The notes below the pieces were generated by a model. It was not told the origin of the DNA. It made no database searches and was given only the letters and a program-made list of their open reading frames with translations. Source: Candidatus Fraserbacteria bacterium (GTDB lineage Bacteria; Bipolaricaulota; Bipolaricaulia; RBG-16-55-9; DRXL01). Taken from it: DNA of 64,000 nucleotides. The stretch spans positions 32,001-96,000 of the forward strand of contig CAMTVK010000002.1 in assembly GCA_947085185.1 (NCBI GenBank). The letters are read 5' to 3'. Positions 46,925 to 57,831 of the stretch are shown here, in pieces. Both the position numbers and the translations under genes were made by a program. Numbering within the stretch: the stretch's first letter is position 1; each line of letters opens with the position of its first letter.

Positions 46925-47739
46925 TCAAGCTTGGCATCATTGGCGATCCCATTGAGCGCTCGCGCTCTCCAGCACTTCATAGCTGGGTACTGCAGCACCT
47001 CGGGATTGCTGGAGAGTATAGGGCGTATTGTGTTCGAGGGGACGACCTAGAAAACTTTCTGGAGACCCACAGAGAGCTCGTAGGGTTCAACGTGACCATC
47101 CCGCACAAAGAGAGTATTGTTCGCCATCTCGATGGACTCTCGCATGAAGCTTATCTCATTGGCGCTGTCAACACGGTGAAGAGCGAGCACAAGAGACTCG
47201 TGGGCTACAACACAGATAGTATTGGTTTTTTGCGCACGCTCCAGACGAGAGATCTCTTCCCCAAGCAGGCGATCATCCTAGGAGCCGGTGGGGCAGCGCG
47301 GGCTGTGGCCTACGCGCTCCTGCAAATTGGCACAAGCTCGCTGACGATCTTCAATCGCACTCCATCAAGAGCATGGCAGCTCACCCATGATCTTCGCCAG
47401 CACTTCCAAGAGAGCGCGATCTCCGTCGAGAGCGATCCCTGCGTCCTCATGGACGCTCTCTGTCACGCTGATCTTGTCGTGAATGCCACTCCCGCGCCGA
47501 TGCCCATCGTGCTGCCACAACGTCTTTCATCTGGGGCGCTCGTCTACGACCTGACCTACAATCCCCTCAAGTCTGACTTCTTAAAAGAAGCTGAGCGTCG
47601 TGGCGCTCAGATCTGCAACGGCTTGGATATGCTGATCTATCAGGCGCTCGAATCGCTCAAGATCTGGCTAGGGCGATCGGACCTAGAGAACGCCATGGAA
47701 ATTGAGGGACTGAAAAAATTCTTGGAGGAACTCTTATGA
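46921..47739 (+). CDS. aroE: Shikimate dehydrogenase
   Basis: SRSP, NVTIPHK, GAVNT, NTD, GAGGAA. Confidence 0.95.
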   Translation: MIKLGIIGDPIERSRSPALHSWVLQHLGIAGEYRAYCVRGDDLENFLETHRELVGFNVTIPHKESIVRHLDGLSHEAYLIGAVNTVKSEHKRLVGYNTDSIGFLRTLQTRDLFPKQAIILGAGGAARAVAYALLQIGTSSLTIFNRTPSRAWQLTHDLRQHFQESAISVESDPCVLMDALCHADLVVNATPAPMPIVLPQRLSSGALVYDLTYNPLKSDFLKEAERRGAQICNGLDMLIYQALESLKIWLGRSDLENAMEIEGLKKFLEELL

Positions 47740-48929
47740 GTCATTTGCGCTACTTGACGGCAGGGGAGTCGCACGGGCGGGCGCTCGTGGGGATTTTAGA
47801 GGGGATGCCTGCGGGGCTTCCCGTCAGCAGAGAGAAGATCAACGCGCAGCTCCAGCGTCGCCAGGGCGGCTATGGCCGTGGCGGCCGCATGAAGATCGAA
47901 CAAGATCAGATCGAAGTGCTCGCGGGGATTCGCTCTGGGGTGACGCTGGGAAGCCCCATCGCCCTTGTGATCTGGAACCGTGATTGGGAGAACTGGGGCA
48001 AGCACATGGACCCGTGGAACGCTCCTCCGGAGCGCTATCGCCCTGTGACTGTGCCCAGGCCGGGTCACGCGGATCTTGCCGGAGCTCTGAAGTATCGTCA
48101 TACGGACATGCGCAATGTCTTAGAGCGCGCGAGCGCTCGCGAGACCGCGATGCGCGTCGCCCTCGGCTCCCTGGCACGTCAACTTCTTGAATATTTTGGG
48201 ATCCAGATTGCCAGCCATGTGGTGCAGATTCACTCCGTGAGAGCGCGCGTAGACGCAGCAGAGCTCGATCTAGCAGAGCTGAATGCTCGCGCCGACGCCT
48301 CGCCGGTGCGCTGTCTCGACACTCACGCCGAACAAGAGATGATCGCCCGCATTGACCAAGCCAAAGCCGAGGGCAACACCGTGGGTGGAATCTTTGAAGT
48401 GATCGCAGCGCATGTCCCTGTGGGGTTGGGCAGCTATGTCCATTGGGATCGCAAGCTTGACGGGCGGATCTGTCAAGCGCTGGCGTCGCTGCCCGCGATG
48501 AAAGCCGTCGAGATTGGACTAGGGGTCGAGAGCGCCGCGCGTTGGGGTTCCACCTGCCACGACGAAATCTTTTATGTTGAAGAGTCGCAGCGCTTCTATC
48601 GCAAGACCAATCGCGCTGGAGGGCTTGAGGGCGGCGTCACCAACGGAGAGAGACTCGTTGTGCGCGTCGCGATGAAGCCTCTCTCTACGCTGGTGCGCCC
48701 GCTTGATTCTGTAGATATGCAGAGCAAAAGATCGGTCAAAGCCCACGTTGAGCGCTCCGATGTCTGCGCTGTGCCTGCGGCCTCGGTCATCGGTGAGGCG
48801 GTCCTGGCACTGGTGCTCGCCGATGCGTTCTTAGAGAAATACGGGGGCGATTCGATCGCGGAGATCGCTCAACGATATCTCAAATCGAGCGCCTGTAGGC
48901 AGACTGCTCCGTCTTGCGAAACTTCCTGA
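47736..48929 (+). CDS. aroC: Chorismate synthase
   Basis: [31 protein letters not shown]. Confidence 0.98.
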   Translation: MSHLRYLTAGESHGRALVGILEGMPAGLPVSREKINAQLQRRQGGYGRGGRMKIEQDQIEVLAGIRSGVTLGSPIALVIWNRDWENWGKHMDPWNAPPERYRPVTVPRPGHADLAGALKYRHTDMRNVLERASARETAMRVALGSLARQLLEYFGIQIASHVVQIHSVRARVDAAELDLAELNARADASPVRCLDTHAEQEMIARIDQAKAEGNTVGGIFEVIAAHVPVGLGSYVHWDRKLDGRICQALASLPAMKAVEIGLGVESAARWGSTCHDEIFYVEESQRFYRKTNRAGGLEGGVTNGERLVVRVAMKPLSTLVRPLDSVDMQSKRSVKAHVERSDVCAVPAASVIGEAVLALVLADAFLEKYGGDSIAEIAQRYLKSSACRQTAPSCETS

Positions 48930-48981
48930 CGTGGGGAGTGTAAGTTATTTGCTCAAATTGCCCGACACGAAAGGAGTGGCC

Positions 48982-49212
48982 ATGAACAAGTGGATCTACG
49001 TGCAGATGCTCGGCGGACTGGGCTTCGCAATGGTCTGTATCCCGTTAGGGCTGACCGTCTTCCAGCTCAAGCTCCTTCTCGGCATCGATCCACGGAGCCT
49101 GGTCACCCTCCAGTCGGGGTTGCAGCCCCTTGCGGAGAACGAATCGCTCTATGAGCATGTGTCGAATTATGACACGGTCTATATCGTCTCGTATCGTCGG
49201 CTTGGATATTGA
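48982..49212 (+). CDS. Small membrane hypothetical protein
   Basis: SD AAAGGAG; hydrophobic N-terminal helix. Confidence 0.5.
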   Translation: MNKWIYVQMLGGLGFAMVCIPLGLTVFQLKLLLGIDPRSLVTLQSGLQPLAENESLYEHVSNYDTVYIVSYRRLGY

Positions 49213-49247
49213 CGCCCACTCCCTCGCGTTCCAGCGGGAGCCTGCTC

Positions 49248-49736
49248 TCACTCTTGAGGGGGGCTCCCGCTCCCTCCCTCCTCACACGAGCGGAGCGCCC
49301 GAGCGATCACGCTCTCAGAAAACCCGCGGCGCCGCAGAAATCCCATCACTCTGCGCTGTCGTGTCTTAGGGTCGAGCGCGCGCAGTCGTGCCAGCTTCTC
49401 ACTTAAGAGACGTCTTGCGAGAGACTCTTCGTCTATTTGGGCACGCGCGAGCGCGCGTTCGATGTGCTCGCGGGCGATGCCTTGGGCCTGGAGCTCACGC
49501 TCGAGCATCCGACGGCTCCGAGGGCGGCGCGCCAGACGGTCCTCGACCCACAACTGAGCAAACTTCGCATCGTCTAAGATCCCGGCGCGCTCGGCTTGGC
49601 TCACCACTGACTCAATGATCTTGTGCGAGAACCCTTTCTGGCGCAGCCGAGTCCAAACTTCATAGCAGCTGCGCGGCCGATATTGAAAGAGCCTTAACAG
49701 ATACGCACGAGCGCGCTCTTCTTCGGTGATGGGCAT
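49248..49736 (-). CDS. recX: Regulatory protein RecX
   Basis: RPRS..E...L, LDD..FA, FLRRRGF; downstream of recA. Confidence 0.92.
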   Translation of the reverse strand: MPITEEERARAYLLRLFQYRPRSCYEVWTRLRQKGFSHKIIESVVSQAERAGILDDAKFAQLWVEDRLARRPRSRRMLERELQAQGIAREHIERALARAQIDEESLARRLLSEKLARLRALDPKTRQRRVMGFLRRRGFSESVIARALRSCEEGGSGSPPQE

Positions 49737-49739
49737 GGG

Positions 49740-50777
49740 TCACTCCGGAAGTAGCGAAGGCTGCTTGATCTTGCTCTTGTCGTAGGGCAAGCCGGCCTTC
49801 TGACGGATCGCTTGTTCGAGCTGCTCAGCGAGCTCCTTGTGCTCCTCAAGATACGCAGCGCTATGGAGAATCCCCTGCCCCAGCTGGGTCGTCCCGAACG
49901 AGAACCATGCGCCACTCTTTTTGATAATCCCCAGGTGTTCGCCTAACTTCAGGAGCTCGCGCGAGCGCGCGATCCCCTTCCCGTAAATAATATCAAAGCG
50001 CGCCTCCTTAAAGGGCGGAGCCAATTTGTTCTTGACCACTCGCACGAGCGTCTCACTGCCGATCTTCTCGTCGCCCTCTTCAATGGAGCCGACTCTCTTG
50101 ATCTCCATGCGCACGGACGTATAAAACTTCAGAGCGAGCCCCCCTGTGGTCGTCGTGGTCGGCCCCCAGCCCATCCCGGAGATCGTCTGACGGATTTGAT
50201 TGATAAAGACGACGGTCGTCTTCGACTGAGAGATCGCGGCGGCGAGCTTTCTCATGGCTTGGCTCATCAAGCGCGCTTGCAGGCCCACTTGGGCATCGCC
50301 CATCGCGCCTTCGATCTCGGCTTCGGGCACAAGCGCTGCTACCGAGTCAATCACGATAGCGTCAATCGCGCCGCTGCGCACCAAGTGCTCCGTGATCTCG
50401 AGCGCTTGCTCGCCGGAGTTGGGCTGGCTCAAGAGAATCTTGTCCAAATCTACGCCGATAGCCCGCGTGTACTGGGGATCGAGGGCATGCTCAGCATCAA
50501 TGAACGCTACTGTGCCCCCGAGCTTTTGCGCCTCTGCGATAATATGAAGGGCAAGGGTTGTCTTGCCGGAGGCCTCCGGGCCGAAGATCTCGACGATACG
50601 TCCGCGGGGGACACCCCCAATCCCAAGCGCAATATCGAGCGAGAGCGACCCAGTGGGAATCGTTTCGACTTCGAGCTGGGGTTGCTCCCCCAACCACATG
50701 ATCGACCCCTCGCCGTGCTTTCTCTTGATTTGGGCGAGGACGCTCTCCAGTACTTCACGCTTGCCCATATCGCTCAC
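49740..50777 (-). CDS. recA: Recombinase A
   Basis: [29 protein letters not shown]. Confidence 0.99.
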   Translation of the reverse strand: MSDMGKREVLESVLAQIKRKHGEGSIMWLGEQPQLEVETIPTGSLSLDIALGIGGVPRGRIVEIFGPEASGKTTLALHIIAEAQKLGGTVAFIDAEHALDPQYTRAIGVDLDKILLSQPNSGEQALEITEHLVRSGAIDAIVIDSVAALVPEAEIEGAMGDAQVGLQARLMSQAMRKLAAAISQSKTTVVFINQIRQTISGMGWGPTTTTTGGLALKFYTSVRMEIKRVGSIEEGDEKIGSETLVRVVKNKLAPPFKEARFDIIYGKGIARSRELLKLGEHLGIIKKSGAWFSFGTTQLGQGILHSAAYLEEHKELAEQLEQAIRQKAGLPYDKSKIKQPSLLPE

Positions 50778-50817
50778 ATTTTATGGCGTGTGAGCGCGTT
50801 GGGCAACCCCGAAGATT

Positions 50818-51303
50818 TTAGAAATAGAAATGCAGTCCCAGGCCCGATGTCACGCCGCCTCTTGTGCCCCCTAGCCCAAAGATTCCGACCTCCCCGTTGA
50901 GGGCCACCCGGGGCGTCAGGCGTATCTCCAGTCCCACGAGCGCTTGCCACGGCGTGTAGAGCATCAACGCATCTTGTGGCGGCGCATACGCGAAGATCCC
51001 TACCCCAGCCCCAATATAGAGATCGGCGATCTCAAGGTTGATGACCTTGAAAAAGACGCGCGGGGTGAAGCTCAGCGCGCTGCCTACTACGAAAAAGTTC
51101 GCTTCAGCGCCGAAGAGATCAGAGATCCACAGCCGCACGCTCATCCCTGATGCAGGCAACGCCTGCGGCGGCGTCATGGGGAAGGTCAGCTGCATCCCCG
51201 TGCCAAAGCCATACTGATGCGATAAGTTCTCAAGAGCTGTGCTTGAGTATGCGCCGGCTATCACGATCAGGAGCGCAACGCTGCTCACTGTGAGAATCTT
51301 CAC
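50818..51303 (-). CDS. Small outer-membrane beta-barrel-like protein
   Basis: Signal peptide, amphipathic beta strands, C-terminal GLHFYF. Confidence 0.6.
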   Translation of the reverse strand: MKILTVSSVALLIVIAGAYSSTALENLSHQYGFGTGMQLTFPMTPPQALPASGMSVRLWISDLFGAEANFFVVGSALSFTPRVFFKVINLEIADLYIGAGVGIFAYAPPQDALMLYTPWQALVGLEIRLTPRVALNGEVGIFGLGGTRGGVTSGLGLHFYF

Positions 51304-51312
51304 GGTGTCCTC

Positions 51313-51804
51313 CTACTCTGCAGGCCGAGGCGAACGCACAAAGTAATAGTGTATGCCCAAGCTGACCGCTGGGGTGGCCCCAAAGCCGTTGGGCCCGAAG
51401 AAGAACGCCTCGCCAAACTCAAGATTGATCGCCAAGCTCGGCAGAATGCTCAGCTCCATGCCCCCTTTGAGCGCAACGTCCGCTACTCCTTCCACCCAGT
51501 AATCCCCAATGTGCAAGTTCGCCTCGAAGACCGCATAGAAGTCGAAGATCTCTGTATCTGCCAAGCGCAGCAGCACTTTCCCTGCAACGCACCCACTGGT
51601 GAAGCCCCTCATCGAGACTACAAATGCGTTGGCCTCTATCCCGAAGCCCTTGGTCAGCCAGAAGCGCATGCTGATCACACACGGAGCTTGCAGCCCAATC
51701 CCGACGGTGCGAAGCTGCGAAAGATTCTGTGTGGGCATCTCTTGAGCACCAAGGGGGATAGCAACTGCGCTCGCTGCCACCAAAAAAACTAGGAAACTTC
51801 TCAT
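51313..51804 (-). CDS. Small outer-membrane beta-barrel-like protein (paralog of neighbour)
   Basis: Signal peptide; shared NLS, SMRFW, EAN.FVV and GIHYYF motifs. Confidence 0.6.
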   Translation of the reverse strand: MRSFLVFLVAASAVAIPLGAQEMPTQNLSQLRTVGIGLQAPCVISMRFWLTKGFGIEANAFVVSMRGFTSGCVAGKVLLRLADTEIFDFYAVFEANLHIGDYWVEGVADVALKGGMELSILPSLAINLEFGEAFFFGPNGFGATPAVSLGIHYYFVRSPRPAE

Positions 51805-51933
51805 GCTCTCACCTCTTTGGGCACTGTACATGAAAGCGGTCAGTATCGTCAATGGCGCGTGGGGTATCCGTCTCCAGACACCGGTCACTCCCCCCTGGCG
51901 CGCGAGCGCTCAGATATGCTATAGTGAGGGCGC

Positions 51934-53487
51934 GTGAGAGGAATGGCTGCTCGGTATCTTCTGTATGGGGTGGTCGCGCTCACCCTGGTGACTGCGGTTT
52001 GGGTAGGGCTGCGACGCATGGCGTGGGATGCAGCGTATCACACTGTCGGCCTTGTCGTCCCCGCTCAAGAGCTCGACAGCACTCTTACTGAAGATGAGCT
52101 TCGTGATTATTTACAAGAACTTCGCGCGCAGGGCGTTGTTGCCCTCAGTGTGGAGCTTTCTGATTTTTCGGGGTGGGGCCTCAAGCGAGCGCCCTTCCCA
52201 AACTCTCAGGTTCTTCGGACCGCTCGCGATGTGGGGCTTGGGATAGCGCTCGTCGTTGACGCCGACTATGGGGAGAGACTCGCGCCGGAGCTCAGCCCGC
52301 AGTTTGTGATCATAATTTCCGAGAATGGGTCGAGCGTGCCCTCATGGGTGACGGCTCGCTTTGCTTCGGCTATGCTGGGAATACCCGAGTTCTCTGAGCC
52401 TTCAGGACTGGGTGAGCTCTATCGTCAGGGCTGGAGGAACTTCGTGCGCGTCCACGCGATCAAGTCTGCGGAGCTTGATCGTCTTGGGCTGGAGGGGGCG
52501 CTGGCGCGCTGGGAGCGCGCTGTGCAAGAGCGCACGATCAGACTCCTGTGGGTCACGGACCACAAAAAATTCCCTCAGTATATGGAGCGCTTGAGCCAAC
52601 GCATCAGGCAGCTGGGCATGGAGCTAGGGGAGCCGTCCGCGCCAGCGCCGTTTGAGAACTCGTATGCGGTCTATCTCATCGTAGGAGCCGGGTTTGTCAG
52701 TTTCAGCGCGCTCGTGCTCATGAGATCCTCCCAGCTCTCCGTACTATGGGTGTGCGTCGTGGTGCTCGCGTTGATGGGGGTATGGGATATAGAGCGTGCA
52801 CGTCAGATCCTTGCTCTGGCGATCGCTGCTCTTGCGCCATGGCTGGTGCTTCGCTGGGGCACGGAGAGATTTTTGGGGTGGAAGCTGCTTATGGCAGTAT
52901 CGGCCCTCTCAAGCTGTGCGGGGCTTGTCGTTGCGGCGCTGCTGAGTGATCTCTCGTATTTTTTGAAGCTCGCTGAGTTTCGCGGGGTGAAGCTCGCGCT
53001 CGTTGCGCCGACGATCTGTGTTGTGTGTGCGCAGTTTTATCGGTGGAGAGAGCTGGGCTGGAGCGCTCTGAGAGCGCCATGGCGATCTGGGGCGTGGCTC
53101 ATCTTCGCTGTGGGGATGGGAGCGATCTTTTTCGTGCTGGAGCGCAGCGGAAATCTCCCGATAATTCCCGTGGCGCGCTGGGAAGAGCTCCTGCGTGAGA
53201 GGCTCGAAGATTGGCTCCGTGCCCGCCCGCGCTTCAAAGAGTTTTTAGGTGGTCACCCGGCGCTCTTGCTTTGGCAAGGCGGCTCCAGTCTGTCCCAGGT
53301 CGGGTTCCTTGCGCTTGGCGCCCTGGGCCAAGCTTCCATCGTCAACACGTTCGTCCATCTGCACACACCGGTAGTGCTCTCGCTCTGGCGCACCTTCAAT
53401 GGCCTTGTGCTCGGGATGCTCGTGGGTCTCTTCTTGCGCTTGGTTCTTCTATGGATCAGACAATGGCGACGGCACGAAGCCTCGTGA
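51934..53487 (+). CDS. DUF5693-like membrane protein
   Basis: RVHAI, RAVQER.IR, FRGVK, RPRFKEFL.GHP, SIVNTFVHLHTP; upstream of csaB. Confidence 0.8.
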   Translation: MRGMAARYLLYGVVALTLVTAVWVGLRRMAWDAAYHTVGLVVPAQELDSTLTEDELRDYLQELRAQGVVALSVELSDFSGWGLKRAPFPNSQVLRTARDVGLGIALVVDADYGERLAPELSPQFVIIISENGSSVPSWVTARFASAMLGIPEFSEPSGLGELYRQGWRNFVRVHAIKSAELDRLGLEGALARWERAVQERTIRLLWVTDHKKFPQYMERLSQRIRQLGMELGEPSAPAPFENSYAVYLIVGAGFVSFSALVLMRSSQLSVLWVCVVVLALMGVWDIERARQILALAIAALAPWLVLRWGTERFLGWKLLMAVSALSSCAGLVVAALLSDLSYFLKLAEFRGVKLALVAPTICVVCAQFYRWRELGWSALRAPWRSGAWLIFAVGMGAIFFVLERSGNLPIIPVARWEELLRERLEDWLRARPRFKEFLGGHPALLLWQGGSSLSQVGFLALGALGQASIVNTFVHLHTPVVLSLWRTFNGLVLGMLVGLFLRLVLLWIRQWRRHEAS

Positions 53488-54536
53488 TCGCGGGCTATTA
53501 CGGATTTGGCAACTGGGGCGACGAAGCTGCGCTCGCCGCGCTGATATATCATCTGCGCAAAGCCATGCCCTACGTACGGCTCATCGTGCTCTCGAACGAT
53601 CCTCAGCAGACGGCCCAGCTTCACGCTACGGAGGCCATCAACCGTTGGAATCCCTTCGAGATTCATCGGGCGCTTGTGTCCGCTGCGGGATTTCTCTTGG
53701 GGCCGGGCAGCCTCCTCCAAGACGTCACGAGCACCCGATCTCTCGTATATTATCTGGGTCTGCTGCGTTGGGCACAGGGCTATAATCTCCCCACATATCT
53801 GATTGGGCAGGGGATCGGACCGCTGCGCTCGCAGCGTTCCGAGCAGTGGACAGCCCGCACGATCCAGCGAGCGCGGCTTGTCCTTGTGCGCGACCGACTG
53901 AGCTATCAATGGGCCACAGCTCACCGTGCTCACGCCATGCTTGGAGAAGATTTAGCTTTGCTTATGCCCCTCCCCGATGATCCCTTCTTCCTCAGGGGAA
54001 GAGCTGGGTCTCTTGGGCTTTCCTTGCGTCCCGGGCTCTCTGCAACCAATATTGCTGTGCTGCGTCGAGTGCTCCGTGCGCTCTCTAAGAAGAATTTTGA
54101 GTGCATCTTCTTGCCGTTTCAAGCCGACCAGGACCTCGCTGTGCTGAGGGAGCTTGGCCTTGCTATGCCCATCGTTGAGGCGCATCGGCCCCATGATCTT
54201 CTTGCTGCTGTGCGCGGCGTAGATATGGTACTGGGGATGCGCTTGCACAGCTTAGTCTTTGCGCTCATGAGCGATCTGCCGTTGTGTGCGCTCAGCTACG
54301 ATCCCAAGATAGAGAGTTTTCTGCATCGGGTCGAGAGTCTCTGTGGGCATCGTCTCCCGTGGTGGAATGCTGCAGAGGTGCTCGACGAAGACGCAATCGT
54401 GCAGGAGATTTGTGAGACTTACGCGAAGCGAGTTGAGCTGCGGGAGCGCCTGCAGCAAGCGCGGACGACTCTCCAAAAAGCAGCCCAGACGTCTCTTGAG
54501 AGGGCGATAGACACTCTTACAGTTGACTTAGCGTAA
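53463..54536 (+). CDS. csaB: Polysaccharide pyruvyl transferase
   Basis: GYYGFGNWGDEA, GSLLQDVTS.RS..YY, GQGIGP, MRLHS, SYDPK. Confidence 0.92.
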   Translation: MATARSLVIAGYYGFGNWGDEAALAALIYHLRKAMPYVRLIVLSNDPQQTAQLHATEAINRWNPFEIHRALVSAAGFLLGPGSLLQDVTSTRSLVYYLGLLRWAQGYNLPTYLIGQGIGPLRSQRSEQWTARTIQRARLVLVRDRLSYQWATAHRAHAMLGEDLALLMPLPDDPFFLRGRAGSLGLSLRPGLSATNIAVLRRVLRALSKKNFECIFLPFQADQDLAVLRELGLAMPIVEAHRPHDLLAAVRGVDMVLGMRLHSLVFALMSDLPLCALSYDPKIESFLHRVESLCGHRLPWWNAAEVLDEDAIVQEICETYAKRVELRERLQQARTTLQKAAQTSLERAIDTLTVDLA

Positions 54537-54567
54537 GCGCCCTAGAAATCCCGGTGCGCGCGCGGCG

Positions 54568-54720
54568 CTAGCGCCGCGCGTATCTGCCCATAAGTTCTGC
54601 TTGGGCGAGGATATGCCCTTCTATTGCCTTCAGGAGTTCGTCTTTGCTCGCCCCCGACGCGAGCGTCAGGACCGTATCGAGCGCGTAGAGTTTGAAGGAA
54701 TAGCGATGGGTGCCGCAATT
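54568..54720 (-). pseudogene. C-terminal fragment of a YbhB/YbcL (PEBP) protein
   Basis: GTHRYSFKLYALDTVL....KAIEGHILAQAELMGRY with no N-terminal part; abuts udp stop. Confidence 0.75.
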
Positions 54721-54727
54721 ATATATC

Positions 54728-55504
54728 TCACGGCTGTGACTGGGTGCTGAGGAAGATCTCGGTGGCGGTGACGGCGACGGCGATCGCGTTCCGCTCAGCT
54801 TTCTCAAGATTCTCTGGACTGATGGTTTCGTGCGTAGGCGTGTCCACGACGCCACAGACGCATCCGGCGCGCAGTCCCAAGGCACTGCACATTGTCAACA
54901 GAGTCGCGGCCTCCATCTCGTAATTGAGCACGCCCAAGCGCTGCCATTCGCTCTTGGTCCCGCGCAAGTCTCTGATTCTATATTGACTGAACGAGTCTGA
55001 GCGCTCTTGGCCGGGATAGAACGTCGCTGACGAGCACGTGATGCCAACACGATAGGGGATCTTAAGTATTTGGGCAGCTTGGGCGAGCGCCCATACGAGC
55101 TCATAATCAGCGACAGCTGGGTATTCTATCGGCGCATAGTGCGCCGAAGCGCCGTCGAGTCGGACTGCCCCCGTCGTGATAACGACGTCGCCGATATTCA
55201 GAGAAGACTGAATGGCGCCGCTTGTCCCGACGCGCATGAACGTGCGCACACCAAGGAGGGCAAGCTCTTCGACGGCGATCGCTGTGGAGGGCCCGCCGAT
55301 CCCCGTCGACGTGATCACGATGGGAATTTCTCTAATATATCCCAGCCAGGTGCAGAACTCCCGATGAGATGTGAGCAAGCGTGCTTGTTCGATGGGGCTT
55401 GTCGTAGCGATCTTCTCTACTCGTGCGGGATCGCCGGGGAGGAGGGCAATCTGCGCCCCCAGAATTTCTTGGTCACTCAAGCTAACATGGTAGACGCGTG
55501 GCAT
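54728..55504 (-). CDS. udp: Uridine phosphorylase
   Basis: PGDPARV, HREF, STGIGGPS, RVGTSG, FYPGQER, NYEME. Confidence 0.93.
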   Translation of the reverse strand: MPRVYHVSLSDQEILGAQIALLPGDPARVEKIATTSPIEQARLLTSHREFCTWLGYIREIPIVITSTGIGGPSTAIAVEELALLGVRTFMRVGTSGAIQSSLNIGDVVITTGAVRLDGASAHYAPIEYPAVADYELVWALAQAAQILKIPYRVGITCSSATFYPGQERSDSFSQYRIRDLRGTKSEWQRLGVLNYEMEAATLLTMCSALGLRAGCVCGVVDTPTHETISPENLEKAERNAIAVAVTATEIFLSTQSQP

Positions 55505-55533
55505 AGCTCCTCCTCCCCGTGACGATCTGTCTA

Positions 55534-55818
55534 TTATCGACCTTTGGAGACGAGCTGCTTGAACTTGCGGCCGGCTTTGAACTTGGGCACGCGCTTGGCC
55601 GGGACGTCTATGGGCTGGCGCGTCCGGGGATTGAAGCGGCGCGCCGCCTTGCGCACCACTGGCTGGAAGGTGCCAAACCGCGCCAACGTCACCGAATCCC
55701 CACGAGCGACTGCCTCCATAATAGCGTTCAGGGCCGCCTCGAGAGCGCGCTTGCCCGCAGCCTTCGAGGGCAACTTCGCCTGCGCTGTGATCAGCTCCAC
55801 CAGATCGTTCTTGTTCAT
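55534..55818 (-). CDS. hup: HU family DNA-binding protein
   Basis: MNKNDL, FGTF, NPRT, PKFKAG. Confidence 0.95.
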   Translation of the reverse strand: MNKNDLVELITAQAKLPSKAAGKRALEAALNAIMEAVARGDSVTLARFGTFQPVVRKAARRFNPRTRQPIDVPAKRVPKFKAGRKFKQLVSKGR

Positions 55819-55924
55819 CTGTTTTCACCCCCTCTCTCTTTGCTTATAGTGGCTTACTATTATAAACGATCCCTGGGACGATTGGCCAATTGCTCTCTTT
55901 CCGAAGGACGGGTATACTGACACT

Positions 55925-56923
55925 ATGGCACGTGTGCAATACGTCACCGATCTGGAAGGCCCGCTCACCCTCAACGACAACGCGTTCGAGCTGGCTGAGC
56001 GCTTCCTCCCCGACGGTGCGCACTTCTTTGCTCTTATCAGCACATACGACGACGTCTTGGCCGATATCATGAAGCGCGCGGGCTATAGAGCCGGCAATAC
56101 GCTCAAGCTTATTGTGCCGTTTCTCCTGGCATTTGGTCTGCGTGACCGCGATCTCAAAGCTTTCTCTCTTGAGAGCATAAAACTCGTCCCTGGCGCTCGC
56201 GAAGCGGTGCAGCGCATATTCTCACAGATGCCCATATTTATCATTAGCGCGAGCTATGAGCCCTATGTGCGCGCCGCCTGTGAGACCCTCGATCTTCCCT
56301 GTGAGAACACGTACTGCACGAAATTATCTCTGGACGCTTATGTGCTTTCGCAGCGGGAGCGCCAAGAACTGCTCACTCTTTACGATCAGATCGTCCGGCG
56401 CCCTCAGATCCAGATTCCCACAAACGCGCAAAGCCTTGAGGAGCTCTCTCCGCAAGCTCGTAAGACCGTTGAGTTTCTCGATAGTATCTTTTGGGGGCGT
56501 CTTCTGACGATGGGAGTCGGAAGAGTCTTTTCTGAGATTGAGCCTGTCGGCGGCCCAGAGAAAGCCCGCGCCCTGCACCAGATCGCCCAACACACTAAAA
56601 TTTCTCTCGCCCAGACGATCTATGTCGGCGACAGCATCACTGATGTAGAAGCGTTAGCGCTTGTCCGTCAAGGGGGAGGCCTGTCTGTGGCATTCAATGG
56701 GAATCGCTATGCGCTCAGGGTAGCCGAGCTCGGGTGCATCAGTGTGGATGCGCTCGTTTTGGCGGAGATCGCCACAGAATTTGCTCGAGGTGGGCGCGAG
56801 CACGTGCGTGCTTATCGCCCTAAGAGAGCGGAACTCACAGCACATATAGACGACGCGTTTATTGCGCGCAGCGAGCAGATGCGCCGCCGCTTGCGCGGCC
56901 AAGATATTGGGAGTTTAGGATGA
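55925..56923 (+). CDS. HAD-like protein (EhaR/COG4030-like)
   Basis: TDLEGP..NDNA.E, YDD, Y.AG.TLKL, YVGDSITD, FNGN.YA. Confidence 0.75.
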   Translation: MARVQYVTDLEGPLTLNDNAFELAERFLPDGAHFFALISTYDDVLADIMKRAGYRAGNTLKLIVPFLLAFGLRDRDLKAFSLESIKLVPGAREAVQRIFSQMPIFIISASYEPYVRAACETLDLPCENTYCTKLSLDAYVLSQRERQELLTLYDQIVRRPQIQIPTNAQSLEELSPQARKTVEFLDSIFWGRLLTMGVGRVFSEIEPVGGPEKARALHQIAQHTKISLAQTIYVGDSITDVEALALVRQGGGLSVAFNGNRYALRVAELGCISVDALVLAEIATEFARGGREHVRAYRPKRAELTAHIDDAFIARSEQMRRRLRGQDIGSLG

Positions 56924-57831
56924 AACGCTTTCAGTTTGGGATTCTCACGTCACTGTATGACGACGACGCTGTGGCGCTCTTGCGAGATCTCCAGAGCGCT
57001 CTGGAGTCCGGACAGATTAGCGCTGAAGTACCGTGTGTGGTCTGCAACGTTCCAGAGTACCCCACGGACAGAGAGCTGGCGCGGCGCATCGAAGCCGTCA
57101 AGCAGCTCAAATCTCTCAATACAGTGATCTTTTTCCCGTCGCGGGAGTTTCAGAAAGACCTGCGCGAGCGGGCTCGTCAAGACCCAAAGCTCTTAGATCG
57201 CTGGCGCGCCGAGCACGACCGGGCCCTTCTGCAACTCTTGCCCAAATCCGTCACTCTCTATCTCTCTGTAGGGTATATGCAAATTCTCAGCGCTGAGCTT
57301 GTGAACACCCTCGATGTGCTCAATCTCCACCCGGCGATTCCCCAGATTGGCCCCATCGGGATGTGGCCCAAAGTGATGGAGGAGCAAGCCCTGCGTCCTC
57401 TGCCCTATCTGATGGCTGTGCCCCAAGAGCGGCTCGCTCAAGAGATCTCCCAGATTATGAATATAAGCTATCTCAAAGCTGGGGGGATGCTGCACATAGC
57501 GACGGAGCAAACAGATCGCGGGCCGGTCATCTCTTGGTATGAGTTTCCGCTCAGCTCTGAAAGACTGACAGAGCTGTGGCTTGCAGTGGCGGCGCGTGTG
57601 CGCTCGCAGGGTCTTGAGCGCGTCCGGCGCGAGCCTATCTGGAAGGAGCTTGTCCATCAGATTCGTCGGGAGCAATTTCAGTATGAGACGCCGCTCGTTG
57701 TGCTCACGCTGGCGAAGCTCTCCCAAGGGGCTTGGGAGATCAGAGAGAAGACTCTCTATATTCAAGGGAACCCCTTCCCCAGCGGCTACTGCCTCAATCG
57801 CGAGGTTGGGGTTATCCGCCCTCCCAGCTGA
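56920..57831 (+). CDS. Divergent formyltransferase (PurN-like)
   Basis: GYMQIL, LNLHPA, G.MLH....DRGP retain the N-H-D catalytic set. Confidence 0.75.
   Translation: MKRFQFGILTSLYDDDAVALLRDLQSALESGQISAEVPCVVCNVPEYPTDRELARRIEAVKQLKSLNTVIFFPSREFQKDLRERARQDPKLLDRWRAEHDRALLQLLPKSVTLYLSVGYMQILSAELVNTLDVLNLHPAIPQIGPIGMWPKVMEEQALRPLPYLMAVPQERLAQEISQIMNISYLKAGGMLHIATEQTDRGPVISWYEFPLSSERLTELWLAVAARVRSQGLERVRREPIWKELVHQIRREQFQYETPLVVLTLAKLSQGAWEIREKTLYIQGNPFPSGYCLNREVGVIRPPS

Noticed and set aside
44608..48929. aroB, aroD/Q and aroK missing from the aro operon as a sign of an alternative pathway
   Set aside because: These genes are often elsewhere; cannot be judged from one window
50130..50200. RecA L2 loop variant [13 protein letters not shown]
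   Set aside because: L2 is variable and the other RecA motifs are intact; no intein or insertion
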